Below are positions 52,826-64,000 of a DNA stretch of 64,000 bases, one piece after another. Below the pieces are notes generated by a model, which was not told where the DNA came from, made no database searches, and saw only the letters and a program-made list of their open reading frames with translations. The number at the start of each line of letters is the position of its first letter. Position 1 is the stretch's first letter. Source of the stretch: Fimbriosthenelais zetlandica (taxonomy: Eukaryota); contig OZ365115.1 in assembly GCA_977030845.1 (NCBI GenBank), forward strand, positions 10,168,001 to 10,232,000, read 5' to 3'. The position numbers and the translations under genes were made by a program.

Positions 52826-53058
52826 TGTTCCGATTTTCCGATTAGGAATACACAAACGAAGCCGCTCTTGTTGGAGGCCAAATTTTGGAACTCTCCTAAA
52901 ATGAAACAAGAAAGAGGAGTCACTTCCGGTCTCGAGCGCGGTGTGATTTCAAACGAGACAAGCGCCATTTGTTTCCGCTGTGGCAGGATTTCCCTGCCTT
53001 GTATTTCATAACACATTGGAGAAATTTACAACAGCTAGGGTGTAGATCGTCCACCAAA
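52826..53058. promoter_or_regulatory. Compact bidirectional promoter between SPCS1 and XRN1
   Basis: Only 233 bp separate the two start codons. ETS CACTTCCGGT at 52921-52930, a YY1-like GCGCCATTT near 52962, CpG-rich. Confidence 0.7.
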
Positions 53059-56000
53059 ATGGGAGTCCCCAAGTTCTATCGCTGGTTAAGCGAACGATAT
53101 CCATGTTTAAGCGAGGTGGTCAAAGATTACCAGGTAGGTACCCAGTGTCAGTGACTGACACTGTCCATGACTAGACTATGTTCCCCACTCAGCCTCAGCC
53201 TCAGGCATGAGTGACTGGGGTCTCCCTCGGCTCGAATACCATATCCGTTTAGTTCTAAGTTCCTATTTGATGTCAGCTACTCCTCTTTACAGATCTAATT
53301 TGTGGCTTTTGAAAGAACTGAATTAGTACTCTATCATCTATGACGTCTGAGTCTGATAATTGAAATATTAAGGGTACTGAATTGCAACTACTGAACTAGC
53401 CTAGGGCATATGACTAGTCACTAGATGATACGTAGTAGATCTATGACTATGAGGAATTATTTATAGACTAATTTTAAATTTAATTAAAGGTTTAAATCTA
53501 GTACCCGGTACCCTTGTGGCCATTTTGAATTTTTAGCCATTTACAATCATATTTGGACTTGTTTCATATAAAAGTCAAGGGAAAAGTCTTGGACTGGAAT
53601 TGCACACTAAATTCCCTGACTTTGACAAAGCCAGAGAGAACCCAGGGAATTGAGTGATCCGGGAAAATGGATTTTTTCTAAAAGGTCGTGGCAACCCCAA
53701 ATGATTTTTTTTTCATTTTTTAAGTACCGGTAATTTTATTATTTTTTTTCATATCGACACAAAATGGGAATAGGGTAATGTGGAAGGGGGTAATTGGGGA
53801 AGGGGATGACGGGGGAATGGGGTATCGGAAAAAGCTAAATTATTGCATTATTGCAAGCAATAATGTTAAAATCTAGAACTTTAGATTTTCTTGTTATATT
53901 GGTTAACCCTGCGTTCTAATAAGTTTTATTTCGGTTTTCAGATACCAGAATTTGACAATCTTTACCTTGACATGAATGGCATCATTCACATATGTTCGCA
54001 TCCCGACGATGGCAATCCACATTTCCGTATAACAGAGGAGAAAATCTTCAATGATGTCTTTCATTACATAGAAGTTCTGTTCCGTATGATTAAACCAAAG
54101 AAAGTCTTCTATATGGCGGTTGATGGCGTAGCACCCCGTGCCAAAATGAACCAACAAAGGGGCCGCAGATTTAGGTATTTTTAAAAATTAATTATCTATA
54201 ATTATGTTTGAAATACCTTATTAATTTTTAAAATGTTATATGCTTTACATATGGTACTTCCTTTGCTCAGATCTGCTAAGGAAGCTGAAAACCTGGAAAA
54301 ACAGGCTTTGGCTAAAGGAGAAGTCCTCCCCACAGAGAAGAGATTCGATTCCAACTGTATCACCCCAGGTAAAATGCCAGTATTGTAGGCTACTGTAAAT
54401 TGAGGAATTCATTGAATTCAGTAACTTCGAATTAAAGGAAGTAATGAATTAGGGACAAGTTAAGAAACATTCTGTGATTATTTGCAGGCACAAAATTCAT
54501 GGTGAAACTTCAAGAACAGCTGAAGTACTTCGTTGTAAACAAAGTGTCAACGGACGCTTTATGGCAAGGGCCCAGGATCTACCTGTCTGGTCATGAGGTA
54601 AGCATAATTTCAACAAGCCACTGGAGCCTATGTCAAATATTATGAGAAGAAAAAATTATATCTTTTTCCTATTACCATTGGTAAAATATGAATCATAACC
54701 AGTTATTTTCTTTTATCTGTAGACACCTGGAGAGGGGGAACATAAAATCATGGATTTCATCCGATCTGAGCGAGCTACACCTGATTATGATCCAAACACC
54801 CGCCACTGTCTCTATGGTCTAGATGCGGATCTGGTAAGTCAATAACTATAAAGTTAATGGGATTTAAGATTAACGAAGAAGATTAATCCCATTTGATTGT
54901 CTTTTCCTGAAACGCACTGTTTTAAATTGTATCCCTTCTGGTAATTGACAGATTATGTTAGGAATGGTGACCCATGATCCCCACTTTTCCCTGCTGAGAG
55001 AAGAAGTGAGGTTCGGTGGAAAAAACGCACAAAAACGGAGCAATGCGCCTGAACAAACCACCTTCCATCTCCTCCATTTACAACTCCTCCGAGAATATCT
55101 AGATTTTGAATTTAGTTCATTACGGGTAAGAAAAATTTCATTGATTGTCTAAACATTGGTTATGAATTATTGTGGCATTATTGTACAATTAAACAGAACT
55201 GGTTGCTAAATGTGGATGCAAATGTACATGTCTCTGATAATTTTATCTTTGATCTTGCCAGGAATCTTTACCCTTCGCCTATGACCTGGAGAGTATAATT
55301 GATGACTGGGTATTAATGGGCTTTCTCGTCGGTAATGATTTTATTCCCCATTTACCTCAAGTTCACATCCACAGCGACGCTTTACCCCTACTGTGGGCCA
55401 CATATAAACAAGTCTTGCCTACATTAGATGGTAAGTCCTTTACTCTGCTTTTAAGTAATCGTATGGCACCTCGTCTACCATTCCATAGTACTCATAGAAG
55501 CCAAGAGTTTGTAAATAAATTGCCTTGTCTTTGAAATGAGTTATTGCCCTAGGGCTGCTTATAATTAATTTTGTATCTTATCTTCCTACTCAGGATACAT
55601 CAATGAAACAGGAAAGCTAAACCTGCCAAGATTCGAAAAATACATGCAGAAATTGTCAGAGGTGAGTATACATGACATTGTATATAGATGCATAAAATTT
55701 GTCCCCTAATTCAATTAATTTAATTCATATATTCTCGCCTGATCTAATTATAGATTTGCTGATATTAAATTTGGAAAATGAATGTTAAACATTAACTCTA
55801 ATGTATTCTGTTCGCAGCATGATACAGATCAGTTCCGTGACACCTATGCGGATCTCAAATGGTTGGAAAGCAAAACAGGAAATGCTGCTGGAGTTGGTCG
55901 AAGGCACCACAGAAAGGTGAGGAAATAAATGTTGCAAGAAAATTGTCATATGGATAATTTTGGGAAGTTCTGAGAAAAGAAACACAGATGACTATGGAAT

Positions 56001-59000
56001 ATCTATACATTTCACCATCATACTTCCACATTTATACTTTTGATGGAGTTGAATGATTTTTTTTAATTTAGGGAAAACGTGGGTATAAGGATAAATTACT
56101 GACTGCCAATCAGTACATGAACCTGGTAAAGTATCAGGACATGCTGGACGATGAAAGTGATGAGCTGCCTGATACTGACGGTACCGACCTTATCTCATTT
56201 GAAAAAGGTAACATTCCCACTTCATAGCCCCTACTTATCTCCCACTGAATATACTGATATTTTGCCAGCCAAAAATCCATTGGTTTTGCCTAAAATTCTG
56301 TTGTAAAGTTCCAAATATGCCAGAAATATTTTTATACAGTTATGAAATAAATGTTTGTTTTTCCGAGTGAAAAACAGTCCTTATATTTACATGTAAAATT
56401 ATGAAATTACTCAAAAAATGTTATTGTTTTGCAGAGTTAGGTGTTGCTCCTTTGGAAGGGGAGAAACAAGAGGGGGCCGTACAAGATATGGAGGAAGATC
56501 AAGATGAAGAAGAAGAGGAAGAAGACGACGAGGAAGAGGAGGAGGATAGCGGGGATGAAGATAGCATGTTCAGACATGAGTTCCGTCACCACAAAGATGG
56601 GTACTACATGGAGAAACTCAGATATGAACATGTTACACCGTGAGTATACCTATCTAACTACATTTACCAAGTAATACAAAGTACTAAGTTCGCTTATTGA
56701 TGCTTCCCTCAGATATATTTAAAGATTTGGTGAAAAATTCATAAAAATATATTAAATCTAATACAATACACGTACCCAGAAGTCTTGTTTAATTTAAATA
56801 TTTTGCTATATTTCCAGCGAAGTCCTCCGAGACCAGGCTGAAGGCTATGTACGTGCTATACAGTGGATTCTCTATTATTATTTTGATGGAGTGCCTTCAT
56901 GGAGTTGGTAAGCTGACTCAAATTAATCAATCCAATAAAAAAATATTTCATTTTCTATAAATTTATTTGAATATTCTAATTGGTAAAATAATAAAATTGA
57001 AAGATTGAGTTTAAAAGTACGTGTTTGGTACACAGGTACTACCCGCACCATTACGCCCCATACATATCAGATGTCCGCAACTTTTCTGACATGAAAATCG
57101 TGTTTGAGCTGGGCGAGCCCTTCCTTCCCTTTGAGCAGCTCATGGCTGTACTCCCTGCCGCCAGCAAAGAGAATCTCCCTGAGGACTTTTACGTGAGTAG
57201 GCCCAAGCCTTTCATATTGTTTGAATCAATCTTATCTTCTCAATTCCTTATCTTAAAATGAACAATCCAATCCATGATTAACTTAGGCCAATTATCTTAG
57301 CTTATCTTGAAAGATCGATTTTTGGTGTACATTCTTTTCTCTTTAGTTTCATTGATTATGAGTTGATTATAACGTCATTGTCTTTTTTGTGATTTTTTTG
57401 ACAGGGTCTGATGACTGAAGATAACTCGGCCGTCATCGATTATTATCCTGTCGACTTTGAGACAGACCTGAATGGAAAGATGCAGGAATGGGAAGCCGTG
57501 GTCCTTATACCATTCATTGATGAGGCATGTCAACCATTCATTAATTCTATATATAGATGTCTTTATGTTTAGAAATAATCCACCAGTAAAGATTTGAGTC
57601 CTTAAATGGACATTTTTAAATAATCATTTTCTGTATGGGTATTTAAATAACAAATAGTTGATATGTGAATAAGTACTGTAAATCTTAATACATGATTTTT
57701 TTGGTCTGAACTTTTGGTATCTGTGCACTTCAGAAACGCTTGTTGAAAGCCATGCAGCCCATCTATGATATACTGAAACCTGGAGACAGAGCGAGGAATG
57801 TGCATGGACCTCACTTCCTATACCAATATACTAACGAGATAGTGGGTACCTACCCCTCCTCTCTCCCGGGTATCTTCCCTGATATCGTCAACCATCACGC
57901 CAGGTCGGTAATCCTTCTATACTATAGCCACCTCTCCATCATATTTTCCTTAGAAAAATTGAAAATTTTATTTTGAGATGGGTTTGGACTGTCATATGTG
58001 AAATTTAATTTAATCGGATCAACAGTGACGGATCTAGTGTAGGGGTTGCTACCCTTTGAAACATTTCTCCAAGTGAATTTTGTTTCAAAAGCTATGATTT
58101 GGTAGCTGGGGGTTTCCCCTAAGCAATCTTAACTATGTTGCAATGTAGGAACGGTTTAAATAAAGTATCTCTGCTTGTTTGAACCTACAGGAAGACCGAA
58201 GTTGATAAGAACACCTTTGTTCTGGCCAGGAGCAAGTTAAGGAAAGGTCTGTGTGAGGGAGTCAAACTGGACGTCTTCTTCCCAGGCTTCCCTACCCTCA
58301 AACACATCCCACACAAAGTAAGATTTTCCACATATTTCAGATTACCAATATCTGATATATTTTTAGACACGGTCCATAATAACCCTACTCCCCCCTTGTT
58401 TCTCTAGGCCCACCTGGAAAAGGCGCAAGTGAAAGTCTTCCAGATGGCCAGCAGGCATGAGAATACGATCGTAGAAATCCTCGAGACACCAGAGCAGGTC
58501 ATACTAGATTCTGAACAATATATTCATATTTAAATAACTTGACATTAGTGACACTTTAATGTTACATCCCTTGTCCCCTATCACAATTCTTCTTTCAATT
58601 TATCAAATTCCCTTCTGCTTTTGGCTGATACAGGACTTGGAGCAAATCGCCCATGAGTACTTGGGGCGGACCATATATGTGAACTGGCCTCACATGATGG
58701 AAGCCAGAGTAATCGGCGTCTCTGATGGAGTGGTCAGGTACTTGTGGTTTTGATATCTCAGTTGATGTTGATGATCTAGAAAATTGAGAAAAACTAGTAT
58801 AATGAATTCTGAATGATTCTAAATCGAGGAATCTGTCAATAAAGTATTGTATACATGTACATAAAATTAATGTTATATGTTGTTTTGACAGGTACAGTTT
58901 GGTAGAGGGCAACTACAAGCAAAAAACCCACACTTCAGCTCATGGTAAAGTAGAAATGGTGGCTGTTGAACTTGACAAATCTAGTCAGAGTCAGTGGAAC

Positions 59001-62000
59001 CAGGATTGTGATGCAAACACTGATAGGTACTCGTATTTTCTTATTCTTAAATCCACTTCCTAAACTTATGAGTCGAATTTTTCTTTGAAATAAATGTAAA
59101 AACGCTAATATTTTATAAAGATTTTTAACCTTGCGTCAGTTGAAGTTTTAATCTTCGTTTTATTTCAGTTACAAGAACAGGCGTGGTGTTGATGTTGGAT
59201 ACACAAGCATCCTCGTATATGCCTGTCCCATGGTTGGCCGCAAGTAAGTTCTCTGAACATTATCATTTCTTTTGGGGAATTATATATTATTATTATTTAT
59301 AGTCTCAAAATTAAATATTCTGCCAGAGTGTCACCCATAGAGTGTGTTTGTTTTAAGGTATATCTGCGGTCATCGTGGAAATGTCACGTTAGAGAAGCAG
59401 TGGTCAACCAATCCAGCCGCCTTCTCCTTACAGGCTACTGTTAAAGTAAGCTCAGATGCCGATCCCATTAATTTTGATTAATATTAGAATTTGATTTATG
59501 TGAAATATTTGCTAATTAAATGTATTGTCTCTATGTAACAGGATATAGCAGTGAAGGACCCGGGATTCCATCAGTATCAAACCTTAGACCAGCTTTTCCC
59601 AGAGAAAGCCCCAGTCTATATGTTGGGCTCTCCACACTATGGCTGTATGGGTGAGGTATGTGATCATTTTCTCTTGAAGGTTTTCAGACATTGGCCAGAA
59701 ATTAGCAGCGTTGCACAGAAGATATGTAAATGTTTTCCCTTGCTTTTAGGTTCTGGATGTTGATCCTAAGAATGACGGTCGTGTGAGAGTGGACTTCACT
59801 GTGCTTGAGAAACCCAATATTGAAGATGTAATGAGAAGAGAAAGGGTAAGGCATCTTACTTCATTTTCCCCTTAATCATCTGTCCATCCTCCTAGCTTTC
59901 ATGTTCAATTTCCTAGCGTCCTCCCTAATTTGCCTTCTGGCTCATTAGTCCTCATTAAGGTTAAAATGTGTTTTGTGTTGTTACAGTTCATAGCTGGTAC
60001 CCGATGGTACCAGGGTTACCTGGTTGCCCAGCAGACTGGTATCTCTAATCACCTGGTATCCCGTATCACTGGTACCGTGTATGTCACCAAAGGCAGCAGG
60101 GAGTTCCAAGGCGGGGGCAAGTCTAACGTGGGCCTCAACCTCAAGTTCTCCAAGAAAGGCGAAGAGGTAATATTTCGATTTTAAGTCAGAATGTTGCGAT
60201 TATAGAGTACAGTTGGTATCGTTAAATATGTTCTCTTGTCCCGGATTGTTATTCTCTGGTATTTATTTCACACAAGGTTCCTGGTTTCACGAAAAAAGAG
60301 GAGAGAGGTTGGGTATACTCTCAGGAGATTATCACCGTCATCAAAGACTACATTAATGAGTAATTGTCACCAATATCCCATAATATCTCAATGTTTGATT
60401 GAAGTTTTTTTATTGGTTGCTTATTAACTTGAAATTCAATGATTAATAGTTTGGAGATGAAGTAACATTTGTCTGTTTTATTCCAGGTTCCCCGAGCTCT
60501 TTGATTACATCAGTAAGAATGGAGTGAATGAAGATGTCTATTTTGAAGAGGAAATCTTCGGCAAGGGAAAGTAAGACCCTTTACTTACATTTCATTTAAA
60601 TGAATTTCATTATAGTCTCAACTAATCATTATTGTGACTTTGGCCAAACGTCAACAATTTAAGAAGGCAGCATTTAAGTTACAACACTCTTTTTGATATA
60701 ATGTTTTTCAACCGAAATAATACAAATACGTATTTTTCCACAGTGATAGGTTAAAGAAGCTTGTCACATGGATAAAGGAGCAGCCGTGTAGTAAGGTGGC
60801 ACCTTCTCCATGTGGAAGCTATCGTCTAGATGAACATATCATCTCAGCTATTGAGGAGGAAGTCCAACGTAGCAATGAGGCCAACCGTAAACGTAAGAAG
60901 CACATCAAAATGCAGGTTCGACCCAAGCTTCTCTACCGGGTAAGAACTGCTAGCTTCTCTCCGCATTCCAGTTATTTTCTTCTATTACAAAATGGAGACA
61001 AAACTCAACCCATTTAAATTGAATTAAAAATATTATTTCAATACATTTAACCCCCATTATTAATGAAAATCTTAAGACGAACCTCTCTCAATAAGGAGCG
61101 ATTATAACACAATTGAGTAGGGAACATCTCCATTAACCTTTCCCAGTTACAAACTGACCTTCTAGTAATGCCAGTATACATTGGTAATTTCTATTTCCCC
61201 CGTCTATCAGCCACTGCTGGCTCAGATCACGCTGGTACCTGACACGTCTGTAGAGTTTGAACTGTATGACCGGGTCATCAATGTAAGGGACGGCTACTCT
61301 GTACCTCTAGGTCTGACAGGCACAGTGACAGGCATCCATCCCGGTAAGTCTAATGGAAAATATCATTTCGAATAGCTATGCATTAAGGATTCTTAATCAT
61401 AATTTTGGGAAGGACATTCATTTAAAATGATACTCAACCATGGTCTTTTTTTTGTAGCACCTAAAGATCAAGACATAGTGCTAGATGTGGTCTTTGACGA
61501 GGAGTTTCTAGGTGGTTTGAGTCTAAGGTAGGCTAATATTCATAGTAATGTTTAGTCACTCTTCTGAATTCCTTCATTTTGTAGAACAATAGTCTGTTCA
61601 ACTCTAATTGGATGATTTTTTACTTGAAATTTCAGATGTTCTGCGAACAAGGGTTATACTATGCCAATGTCTGCCCTTATCAACCTGACCCATGGAGAGA
61701 GGAAGGAACTGGCCAAGTCTGGTCACCAGAGTAAACCTATCGCCTTCGTCAAACCTCAAGCTGCCGGCTACCAGCCATACCAGCATGGTTTCCATGGCAA
61801 TGGTCAGGAGGCAGGGTACGGAGGCAAGCAGCACAACAACGGAGGAGGCAGAGGCCGCGGTGGTCAACAAGTAAGTCTACTCCGATCAACTTTAGCAAGG
61901 GTCAGATCATCTCAATAAGTAAACATCTTGTGACATGCTTTTATGGATTGTACTTTAATTTTTTCCTTTTTTTTCAGGGAACGAATTGGCGGAGCAACCA

Positions 62001-62939
62001 CCATGACAATAAGCAACCCAGTGCTTACCAACAGTTGGCCTCGAGGAGTCGACCTCCAGGTCAAAGTCAAGAGCTGGGACGGAGACCTGCTCCTGCTGGC
62101 GGGCGACAGGTCAGTTACAAAAATTAAATATATAATTCTTTGTTATACATAAAAATTATATTAAAGTATTAATAACGTGACAATAAAATATAATGTATTT
62201 TCTACAAATTGAAGTATATTAAAAAGGTACTATTTGTCAAAGTCAATGAGCACCTGACTATGTATTCTTCCAGGATGATAATGGTTATGCTAACATGTGG
62301 CAGCAGCTACAGTCAGCTAACTTGGTTCCTCATAAAGCCACTCAGCCTGGACCCAGTACCAGTCAGGGGCGGAATCACAACCAGAATAACGCCTCCCAAG
62401 CCCGCCAGCCCCCTCAGGGAGCTCCCCCCGCTCCCCCTGTACATAACGGAACAGGGGCCGCCAACAACGCTAGCTCCCCCCAACCCCTCTCACTGGCACA
62501 GGCAGCCCTGGCCCTGGACAAGGCCAAGTTACCTATTAGTAAATACCAGAATCAGCAAAAACAACAAAAGGAGATCAGAAAGACAGGTCCCGAGGACGAG
62601 GTATATTCCAAAGTTTATCTATACGATTTCATCTGTGTTAAAAGAATTATTAATTTAATATTATATCATTAATTAATTAAAAAATAATAACATTTACCTG
62701 TAGGGAAAATAAACAATTTAATCAATTTATATTAATTTCAGATGGAACATGGGACGAGCGAGGAATTCCTCAGCCTGATGAAAAGCCTGGAGTTGTCTAA
62801 CCTCAATAAAAACAAACAGCCAGCCAAGGAACCCGCCTCCATCCTACAGACTTCATCATCCTCCCAACAAGATGTGCTCAAACTGACCGACCTAGAGATC
62901 GAAGCCAGGCCTAGTCAAATAGAAGATCAACAGAACAAA
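53059..62939 (+). CDS. XRN1: 5'-3' exoribonuclease 1 (pacman); 3' end not resolved
   Basis: 33 phase-consistent exons traced, from 53059-53133 ([15 protein letters not shown]) and 53942-54174 ([12 protein letters not shown]...[19 protein letters not shown]) through [15 protein letters not shown] and GNDFIPHLP, the SH3-like [10 protein letters not shown] region and a low-complexity tail, to 62742-62939. Confidence 0.98.
53570..53699. mobile_element. Relic of a hAT-like MITE in XRN1 intron 1
   Basis: Repeats aaagtcaaggg / ttccctgacttt / cagggaatt, ending in the TIR-like gtggcaaccc. Confidence 0.35.
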
Positions 62940-64000
62940 GTAAGTCCCTTCTCTTCTCACTCCCTTCTCACTAATACCTTTAAGGCATTTCCTTTGACCT
63001 GCTTAGAAAGGTGTGGAAATATTAACTAAAATTGTCACCTTATAAATGTTTGTCTGATACACTATTTCATAATCCTCTCTCATCTTCTCCATTAATTCAC
63101 TCATGGTAAACAGTTCTTACAGGTAAAAGGGGACATTTTTTCTAATTTTGACATTTCTTAGATAGTTTTCGCCCTGTGTTGAGCATGAGTGGTGTCGTTT
63201 CTATTGTTAGATTTTTCCTCACTCCTCTCCAGCTGCCTCCTGCGGGTATACCCAATGTTTAAAGTAGATTTGCAGATTATACACTGTTTAATAATTCCAC
63301 TGAAAGGACATCCTTTATTAAAGTAGTATATTCCATCATTAATTAGCTTTATTGGCCAGAGCTGATGGTGTTGAACTAAATTAATGGTACCGTCTTTTTT
63401 AGATCTTTTTTAAGATCTTTTTGGGGCCCTGCCCTGACTATTAGCTATAGTCAGTTCACAAGATATATGATATCAAAAGTTGTAAAAAAATATACTGGGT
63501 AAAAGATATAGTTGGGTCAATTCAAGTCTGAGCGCCGGACAGAGCCATACCACTCATAATGTTAGGTGGTACGCCAGTATGTAATACATCATTTCTAATA
63601 ATACAGTTGACTCTCTCCTAGCGGTCACGCCTCCAATGTAGTCACGCTTCCAAAGTTGTCAAACCTGATAACGATCATTTTTTTCTTGGAGCCTTGGGTG
63701 ACCATAATTTTCTGCACCTATCTATCCTAAATAGACTGTGGTGCAAGAAATAGTTTTATAGAATTCGGAATTTTCCTTTCTAGTCGAACTGTCCTATTGT
63801 AGATTATTTATAATTACGTAATTTATGTGTATTGTGAGATTCTTTAGGAAAATCTTGGATTTGACGATTATGCAGCATTTCCATTTTGTATACCCATTCA
63901 GTAATTATTGTTAGGGCACATTGTTTCTCTTTTTCTTGTATGTAGTTTTGTCAAACTTCTGTTGTGCCTGTTTTCCTTTGTGATGTTCTGCGTATGACAA

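Noticed and set aside
63601-63800. TA-CAGTTGACTCTC start resembling a mariner-type MITE
   Set aside because: No matching right inverted repeat.
1-64000. CRISPR arrays, operons, tRNA and rRNA genes
   Set aside because: The DNA is eukaryotic and spliced; no repeat-spacer arrays or recognisable structural RNA genes were seen by eye.

Overview
This is intron-rich animal genomic DNA, AT-rich in the introns. It is probably from a lophotrochozoan invertebrate (inference). There are no prokaryotic features. I assembled eight protein-coding genes by hand from splice sites and codon phase. (1) A GPI-anchored cysteine-rich protein with two tandem DUF19/DUF1397-like domains (+, 4800-10546, signal exon not found). 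(2) An intronless FAM20C-type secretory kinase (-). (3) An intronless TRPV-like channel (+). (4) A quiver/sleepless-like Ly6 protein (-, 10.6 kb first intron). (5) Mitofusin/Marf (-). (6) CENP-S (+). (7) SPCS1 (-). (8) XRN1 (+, 33 exons traced, may continue). The last four form a compact head-to-head and tail-to-tail block. The most notable observation is an apparent alternative-splicing system in mitofusin: two paralogous 103-nt exons that should be mutually exclusive, a candidate 11-nt microexon between them, and a candidate 60-nt cassette exon in a GTPase-domain loop. XRN1 needs a GC-AG intron. All family calls come from motif recognition; no database search was run.
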